Shown here one piece after another: positions 63,886 through 64,000 of a stretch of DNA of 64,000 nt (its first letter is position 1; every line of letters begins with the position of its first letter). Under the pieces are notes generated by a model. That model had not been told where the DNA came from and ran no database searches. It saw only the letters and a program-made list of their open reading frames with translations. Source of the stretch: Lama guanicoe (taxonomy: Eukaryota); assembly GCA_013239625.1 (NCBI GenBank), contig MU053504.1:1118001-1182000 (forward strand). The letters run 5' to 3'. A program made the position numbers and the translations under genes.

Positions 63886-64000
63886 CAAGATTTTTTGAAG
63901 GAGGTACTATCTGAACTGCATTTGGTGGGACAAATAGGCTTTTACCAGTAGAGAGGGTAAAGATTTAGGGTCTTTTTTAAGAAAGGGTGTCCTGACCCTG

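Noticed and set aside
59717..64000. TGM3 exon 8 (NFHVWNE..., catalytic His)
   Set aside because: No such peptide was found. Intron 7 evidently extends past the window, so this is not evidence of exon loss.

Overview
This is a mammalian genomic window, most likely camelid, judging from a Vic-1-like tRNA-derived SINE and one recurring young L1 3' end. The only supportable protein-coding gene is the 5' part of TGM3 (epidermal transglutaminase 3) on the + strand. It comprises a TATA promoter at 43546 and exons 1-7 (43639-59716), including the catalytic-Cys motif YGQCWVFAG. Exon 8 onward (catalytic His/Asp) lies beyond the window end. The first ~43 kb is intergenic and rich in interspersed repeats: L1 of several ages, L2, MIR, CR1/L3, ERV1/MER21/MaLR solo LTRs and hAT DNA elements. 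The most notable observation is that the expected exon-2 splice acceptor reads GG instead of AG, with an in-frame AG 6 nt downstream and an in-frame ATG at the altered site. Other observations are a tail-less internal L1 fragment with a perfect 15-bp TSD, an L1 with a probable short 3' transduction, a SINE-in-LTR nest, a CCAAT/octamer-rich solo LTR, and an AP-1/ARE cluster around the promoter. I find no evidence for a wholly new biological system. Repeat family names and comparisons with human TGM3 come from recognition and recall, not database searches. Boundaries of old repeats are approximate.
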